The notes beneath the pieces were generated by a model. That model made no database searches. It was not told the DNA's origin and worked only from the letters and a program-made list of their open reading frames with translations. The position numbers and the translations under genes are program-made. From NCBI RefSeq assembly GCF_009914755.1, contig NC_060926.1: a DNA stretch of 64,000 bases; one strand, 5' to 3'. Shown here piece after piece: positions 54,076 to 64,000 of the stretch (position 1 is the first letter of the stretch; every line of letters starts with the position of its first letter). The stretch is from the human T2T-CHM13v2.0 reference genome, Homo sapiens.

Positions 54076-55699
54076 CAGCAGTTCTCAAAGTGTGATCCAC
54101 AGACCCACTTTCAGGGATCCACAAGGCTCAAACTATTTTCATAATAATAGTGAGACATTATTTGTCTTCTTTACTGTGTTGAAATTCACTGACACTGTGG
54201 AAGTATGGGGAGTAAAACTGCTGGTGCCTTAGCAGTATCAAGGCTGAGGCAAGCTGCACTAGTGATCATTCTGTTCTTTACCACCACATGCTTCCAAGAA
54301 GAAAAAGCCAATTTTGCTTAAGAATGGCATTGAGGAGGCAGTAAAAGGTATGAATTTCATTAAGTGGCTATCTTTGAGTATACATATTTTTAATATGTTG
54401 GGTGACTAAATGAGAAGTACATATAAGCACTTCTGCTGCATACTGAAGCATGCTAGTGGTCTCCAGGAAATCCTCTGGTGCAATATAGTTTGAGCTGTGA
54501 GCTGAATGAGCCTCTTTTTTAACGGGACAACATTTTACATGGCTGACAGACAGACCATAGTTATTCAAACTTCAGTATTTGGCAGATATTGACTCAAAAA
54601 TAAAAGTAATGAGCCTATCTGTACAAGGAAAACAACTGACAGAATTTGACGCCAATTATAAAATTTGAGGTTTCAAGGAAAAATTAGAATTTTGGAAAAC
54701 TTACATGCTCCACCAAGTGTTTGACAGCTTAAAGACAATGAGCTCTATGGTGATATTAACAAATGTGATGTTTTGATATGATACAAAATGAAACGTGTCA
54801 AAATTTGGAAGATCTGCGAAACTCAGTGAACTATTATTTTCAAAATAATGTGTTATGTTATAAAATCTTACATGGGTATAAGATTCATTCAGAGTGCAAA
54901 TTAGACCAGTGCATTTTAATGTAACACAGTATAAATTGCCATTGCTATGGTTCAGTTCCAGATTTTACATGCATCCTCCTAGAAATCACCACGTGTCAAG
55001 GCTTGTGGTAATGTCAAAGCAGAATATCTACAAATATCTGAAAAGACTATTAAAATACTCCCCCTTTTCCTGACTATATACCTGTAAGGGGTTAGATTTT
55101 CTTCATTTACTTAAACCAAAGCAGCATACCACAACAGGTTGGATGAAGAAACAGATATGAGAATTCAGCTGCTTCTTTTAAGCTGCACATCAAAGAAATT
55201 TACAAAAGTGTAAACCAATGTCACTCTGAGTCTTACTAAGTTTTTTGTTTTATTTTAGCAAATAGAGACATATTTCCAACTGAAAAAAGTATTCAATTAT
55301 CTTGTCATGATTTTGTTATTGATATTTTAATGAATTAATACATATTTTAAATATATTTTTTAATTTTTATATCAGGAATTGGCAAACTATTCTGCAAAGG
55401 ACAGGTAATATTTTAGGCTTCACAGGCCACACAGACTCTGCTACAACTACTCAACTCTGCCACTGTACTGTGAAAGCAGCCACAGACAATATGTAAATGA
55501 ATGGGGTTGGCTGTGTGCCAATAAAACTTTATTTACAAAAACAGGTGGTGAGCCAGATTTGGCCCATGGGTCATAGTTTGCTGACCCCTATCTTATATGC
55601 TAAGTATCAATAGATATAGCCAACTTAAAAGCATTTCGCGATCTTCAACAATTTGTAAGTGTAAAGGGGTCCTATGACTTAAAAGATTGAAAAACCCTG
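54076..55699. mobile_element. Charlie1a-like hAT transposon deletion derivative
   Basis: Ends cagcagttctcaaagtgtg / ttgaaaaaccctg; 8-bp TSD ctctacct / ttctacct; decayed transposase text agttattcaaacttcagtatttggcagatatt. Confidence 0.88.
55373..55590. mobile_element. MER58A nested in Charlie1
   Basis: caggaattggcaaact...ccaataaaactttatttacaaaaacagg...tagtttgctgacccct; 8-bp TSD ttttatat / tcttatat. Confidence 0.92.
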
Positions 55700-56959
55700 T
55701 TCTACCTGAACACTTTGTCTGAACACTTTGTCATCTTTACACAAGAATTCAGACGTACAGAAAGGTCATGGGAGGTACATTGGGGTGGGAGCCCTTCATC
55801 TGAAGGGCATCAGCCTGCTCTGGCTCTCCATAGGACAAATCCCATAGCTAACTGATGGTTTGGCAAAGTAAGATCACAAATATTCAGGACTCCACCTTCA
55901 CATGCCCAGACACCTCTGGAATACACTTCATCTGCAAAAAGGATCAAGCTTTGACTACCGTGGATACTGTGAGTTCATCCAAATGAACAAATAAGTGAAA
56001 TCAACAAAAATCTCCCCCTCTCGACGACAAAAGTCAGGAGATGCCAAAGTATATCTGTAGGATAACCTCCAACTAGCTCCGGGAAAGCTTCTGCCCAGTG
56101 GTGACAGCAGCCTACATGGGGGTGAGGCTAACAGGTCAGATGCTCGAACAAACAAAACATTTCAGACCTAGTAGCACACGGAGACTCCAGACTGCTCAGG
56201 GCATGCCAGTTACAGTAGACTCATCAGGCTTGGTGAAAGGCTGGCTCCTCAGCCCTGAGCTTTTGTTGTATATTTTAATTCAGGAACTGAGTCACACCTG
56301 CAAATCCTGTGACAAATGATGTTGTATTAACGTTGAAGAGTGCCAGCTCATCTCCTGGGTTCCAAGCCAAACTGACATAATAGAGTCTCTTTAAAAACCC
56401 ACTAGAAAAAGTTGGTGTAAGGTCCAAAATATTTCAAGGAATGAGCACTTCTTAATTTGTGAATAAGTTCTGTGTCAATCAGCTATAATAAGATAAAAGC
56501 CTATCATTAGAGACCCCAAGCAAACTCAGAGTGGCCGCCATAGCCCCATTCTGTGGGACTTTCTGTCCTTGCCTGTATTTTTCCTTCTAGCAATGCTCTG
56601 GGAGACAAGCAGAATTTTCTGGTACCTTTCACACAGTTGGCTCTCCTGTCTGCCAATCTTCTGAGTGTTTTCATTTCACTCCCTCCATGATTGTAGTGGA
56701 TTAACACATCAAGCTGTGAGGTTTCACAAACATGAAATGTCAATGCAAACACAGATATATCCAAAATAGCAGCACTCTGCTATTTTATAGCAAACATCGC
56801 CAACTGCCCCCCAACACACATACGCACATCCAATTTTCCTCAGTTGACAAAGCTGTCCAATTGGGCCTGTCTCTTCAGGATTCTGCTTTAGACTCACCAA
56901 GTAGCAACACACAGAGGTTCCAGTGTTTCTTTTGCTTTTAAAGGAGCTAAGCTCATCAG

Positions 56960-57420
56960 AGAAGCAGGGCACAGGGTAAACACACCTGAGAGCAATAATT
57001 TAAGCATATCCTAAGAATGACCCTGTATGGCAGATGCACCTGAATGTGTGTTCTGAGCTAGGAGATCCAGGAGTAGACAAGCGGGAGATTCATTCTTTAT
57101 CTATGATAAAGATCTGAGCCCCTGGTCTCTCCCGTGGAAGATGGACCATTCAGGGGATTGAGGCCCTGAGTTTTGGGGTAAATGAAGGTTGCCAGGTGGA
57201 GGTCGTTAGGAGGAGGGTTTTAGGTGAAAATGCTATATAGACTGCATGCTGTTTGCAGGTGGTTGTGGTTCTCATGCCTAGCCTGCTGCCGCTGAACTCT
57301 CTCCCCTGTTTGTAAGCCCTTAATAAAAGTCCACGTCTTGTTTGCTGGCTCAGGGTCTCTTCTTTGACCTCTTGAACTTGGCGCCTTCCCTACTGGGGTG
57401 AATAGGGGTTCACCACAGCA
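56960..57420 (+). mobile_element. ERV solo LTR (probably ERVL class, subfamily unassigned)
   Basis: TATA-like ctatata (~57233), aataaa (57322), U5-like end gaataggggttcaccacagca; recalled LTR text gaatgaccctgtatggcagatgcacctgaatgtgtg. Confidence 0.7.
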
Positions 57421-58064
57421 CAGGGTAAGCAAAACTCACACATGCAAAGCAATGGCAATCGGCATTTAAGGGACAGACCAGGTGGCTTCCATCTGATTAG
57501 AGGGAATAAAAGCAGCCTCAAGATGAGACAGAACAGTCTTGAAAGGTGAGGGAGAGCTACCTTCCTAGAGCAGAGGGTCTGTGATGTGGTGCCTGAGGAA
57601 TTCCTGGAGAAAGGGTGGGTTCATGGGACTGGCACAAGCTCTAACAAGAGAAGGAGGAAACTGAGAGCTGTGCAAGAGCTTCAGAGCACCCCTGAACTGA
57701 GCAGGATAATATGACTCCTTTAAAATTGGACTTTGTGGAGTCAGGAGGTGACATCCAGAAAATTTGAAACCTGGATCATTGAGGAAGGCTCAAAGGCCAA
57801 GTCCCTTGAGTAAGAGGTCCACCCTACTAAGTTTCCAAATAAAGGGAGAAATTTAAACCCTCAGCCAACCAGGAAATCTAGGGCCTTCAGGTTGACAAGG
57901 CACCCAGGCCATAACCAAATCTACTCTGATGCTCACTAGTTTGGTGAAGCAGGACAAGTTCCTTGGTCTCTTCACACAGTTGGCTCTTGGTCTTTTTGAA
58001 TCTATTTTCTCATTGGTCTTTTTGAACCTATTTTCTCACTGATAAAATGGGATAATAATTGTAC

Positions 58065-58380
58065 TGTATTAGTCAGCTCAGGCTGCTGTAACAAATACAA
58101 CAGACTGGGAGGCTTAGGCAACAGAAACTTATTTCTCACAGTTCTGGAGGCTGGAAGTCTGAGGTCAGTTCCCAGCGATGTGGGTTCTGGTGAGGGCCCT
58201 CTTACTGGCTTACGGATGGCTGCGTTCTCTGACTGTGTCCTCACATGGCACACAGCTCTCGTCTCTGCCACTTCTTAAAAAATCATCAATCCCATCACAG
58301 GGTGCCACCCTTATAACCCCATCTAAACCCATTCACTTCCCAAAGACCCCACCTCCAAATACCATTATACTGGGGCTTAG
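58065..58380 (-). mobile_element. Truncated MLT1A0 LTR inside a MIR
   Basis: tgtattagtcagctcaggctgctgtaacaaa...ttctcacagttctggaggctggaagtctgag; MIR flanks taaaatgggataataat and tagcatagtgcctggc. Confidence 0.88.
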
Positions 58381-58778
58381 AGAGAGCTTATGTAGCATAG
58401 TGCCTGGCCTATCCTTGGAACACATTGAAGGTGGCTGTTTTTCTTGTTCTAATTTGTTTTAGGGAGTGGGCAGAGGAAGCATGTCTACAGGTCAGTATCA
58501 CTGTTCACCCCATCGGAGCCATGTTTGGGCAGGTGGTTTCAATGATATTTCCAACAAAAGAGTTTGTTGCCTTTTACTTGAAGGTAGCCAGTCTTTGCTC
58601 CCTGATCCCAAGAACGCTCCCTCCCAGTATCTATGTCCCAAGTGCTACAAAGAGGTCTGAGTTACAGAAAGGAGCAGTCTTCCTTTAGGAACTAGTATCA
58701 GGGCATCCTTGGCAACCAGGAGCCTGTGACTGGAGATGGAGGCATTCTCACTTTGTCTTTTCCACCAGAACACGGACC

Positions 58779-58965
58779 AGTTGTTCTCAAACTTGAACAT
58801 AAACCAGAATCACTGAAGGGTTTGTTACACCCCAGGTTGCTGGGCCCTATCTCCAGAGTTTCTGATTCAGTAGGTCTGGGCTGGGTCCCAAGAATTTGCA
58901 TTTCTAACAAGTTTCAAGGGGATGGTGTTGCCACTGGTTTTGGAACTACGCTTTGAGAACCACTA
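58779..58965. mobile_element. MER5A
   Basis: cagttgttctcaaactt...cagagtttctgattcagtaggtctggg...gaatttgcatttctaacaagtt...ctttgagaaccact. Confidence 0.93.
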
Positions 58966-60084
58966 ACATAAACACTAAAGCAGAGGATGAAGTAGCTCAC
59001 TTCCTATGACAGTCAAATAGCTTCATAAAACCCACGGATTGGAAGATCCTACTCATGAACCAATGCCACTGGGACCTAGTGTCCCAACCCCAGAGCTGCA
59101 CAGATTCTCAACAGCCTCTCAGCTGGAATCTGCTTAAGCCTACCAAGCTCCTGGGAAGAGGGGCGACCAGCACCACAGCTGTGGCTGCCTGCTGTCTAAG
59201 CCATTTGAGCTCCTCGTGGGAGGAGCAGCAGCCAGCATTGGGACTCACAACTGCCTAACACGCTAAGCTCCCTGGGCAAGGGAAGGACAGCACCCATTTC
59301 TATAGCTCCAGGCCACACTTTTCCCCTGCTGGAGCCAGGGAGGCTATACGGCTTGGTCCTAAGACATGTCCCCCACCGCCCAACACACCAGCTGTGGCAG
59401 ACTGTGGCCAGAGCGCCTCTTCAGGCTTGACCCTGACTCATCCTTCCTCACTGGATAGGGCTTCCCTGCAGGAACTCCAATAACTCCAGCCAGAGGTTCA
59501 GGGACAGAACCCAGATCTCCCTGGGCTTGAGCCCCTAAGGAGAAGGGTGGCTGCAGTCTCTGTAGACCAGCAGACTTAGCCTTTCTCTTGGTATTTCGGA
59601 GGAATCCGGCAGCCCAGATGAGTGGGTTTCCCCCAAGCAAAGCACACCCCCTCCACCAATGGACAGTCAAAGTACTTCGTTAAATAGGTCCTGTTCCCCA
59701 TCCCATCCAAGTGGGTGGGGCCCTCCAACAGGGGTTGTCAGACAACCTACACAGGAGCGATCCTACTGACATCAGTATGGTGCCCCTCAAGGTCAGAAAT
59801 CCCAGAAGAAGGAGCAAGCACCCATTATTGCTGTTCTCCAGCCTCCTTGCATGATATCTCCAGGTGCAGGAGTGAACCAGATGAACAGGGCCTGAAGCAA
59901 ACCCCCAGCAAACCACAGCAGCTGTACAGAAGAGGGCTTTGAAAGAAAGAAACAAACCATGGAAAGAAAAACAAACAAACAGAAAGCAACAACAACAGCA
60001 TCAACAACAACAAAAAAAGCCCCCACAAAAACCCCATCCAAGGGTCAGCAGTCTGAAATATCAAAACTAGACAAACTCACAAAG

Positions 60085-61111
60085 ATGAGAAAGAATCAAC
60101 AAAAAATGCTGAAAACCCAAAAGACCAGAGTGCCTTTTCTCCTCCAAATGATCATAGTGTTTCTCCAGTAAGGCCGCAGAACTGGGCAGAGGATGAGATG
60201 GATGAATTGATGGGAGTAGGCTTCAGAAGATGGGTAAAAAAAAAAAAAACTACACCGAGCTAAAGGATCATGTTCTAACCCAGTGCAAACAAGCTAAGAA
60301 CCTTGATAAAAGGTTAGAGGAGCTGCTAACTAGAATAGCCAGTTTAGAGAGGAAAATAAATGACCTGATGGAGCTGAAAAACACAGCAGGAGAACTTCAT
60401 GAAGCATACACAAGTATCAGTAGCTGAATCAACCAAGCTGAAGAAGGGATATCAGAGTTTGAAGACAACCTTGCTGAAATAAGGCATGAAGACAAGACTA
60501 GAGAAAAAAGAATGAAAAGGAATGAATAAAGACTCCAAGAAATATGGGACTTCATAAAAAACCAAGCCTATGATTGATTGGAGTACCTGAAGGAGACAGG
60601 AAGAATGGAAACAAGCTGGAAAACACACTTCAGGATATTATCCAGGAGAACTTCCCCAACCTAGCAAGACAGGCCAACATGTAAATTCAGGAAATACACA
60701 GAACACCACTAGGATACTCGATGAGAAGATCAACCCAAAAACATATAATCATCAGATTCTCCAAGGTCAAAATGAACGAAACAAAGTTAAGGGCAGCCGG
60801 AGAGAAAGGCCAGGTCACCTACAAAGGGAAGCCCATCAGACTAATAGCAGACCTCTCAGCAGAAACTCTATAAGCCAGAAGAGATTGGGTGCCAATATTC
60901 AATATTCTTAAAGAAAAGAATTTTCAACCCAGAATTCATATCCAGCCAAACTAAGTTTCATAGGCAAAGGAGAAATAAAATCCTTTCCAGACAAGCAAAT
61001 GCTGAGGGATTTTGTTACCACCAGGCCTGCCTTGCAAGAGTTCCTGAAAGAAGCACTAAATATGGAAAGGAAAAACCAGCACCAGTCACTGCAAAACACA
61101 CCAAAATGTAA
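60085..61111 (+). pseudogene. Disrupted L1 ORF1p
   Basis: ATG at 60085 (MRKNQ); KNLDKRLEELLTRIASLERKINDLMELKNT coiled-coil segment; several in-frame stops and frameshifts. Confidence 0.9.
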
Positions 61112-61174
61112 AGACCAATGACACTATAAAGAAACTGCATCAACTAGTGTGCGAAATAACCAACTAGCATCATG

Positions 61175-64000
<2,826 letters not shown>

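Noticed and set aside
55706-55731. 13-bp tandem duplication ctgaacactttgt next to the Charlie TSD
   Set aside because: Ordinary slippage-size duplication with no sign of function
56969-57428. 11-bp direct repeat gcacagggtaa around the LTR as a TSD
   Set aside because: Too long for a retroviral TSD and overlaps the LTR ends; probably coincidental

Overview
Primate, very likely human, non-coding genomic DNA with no CpG island. I recognise no protein-coding gene, tRNA, rRNA or CRISPR array, so this is probably intergenic or deep intronic sequence. Well over half is interspersed repeat: Alu J/S and FLAM SINEs, MIR, L2, L3/CR1, L1 of several ages (a 2 kb L1PA 3' end, an L1MA, an L1ME-type relic, two HAL1-like elements and a ~5 kb old L1PA running off the right edge), many MaLR/ERVL solo LTRs, a truncated ERVL provirus with recognisable protease/RT, and hAT/Tc-mariner DNA transposons. 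Many insertions still show their target-site duplications (TSDs). The ORF-track entries I can explain are decayed L1/ERV/Alu frames; most of the rest look like chance ORFs. Subfamily names come from recalled consensus sequences and need RepeatMasker confirmation. The best lead is a 126-nt minus-strand exon-like unit at 23999-24124, open in one frame, containing a 14-codon tandem repeat whose divergence is biased to third codon positions. Other leads are further candidate exons, motif-dense unique segments, five palindromic micro-rearrangements of template-switch type, a 5'-end-only L1 with a perfect TSD, and an internally inverted ancient L1. None of this establishes a new biological system.
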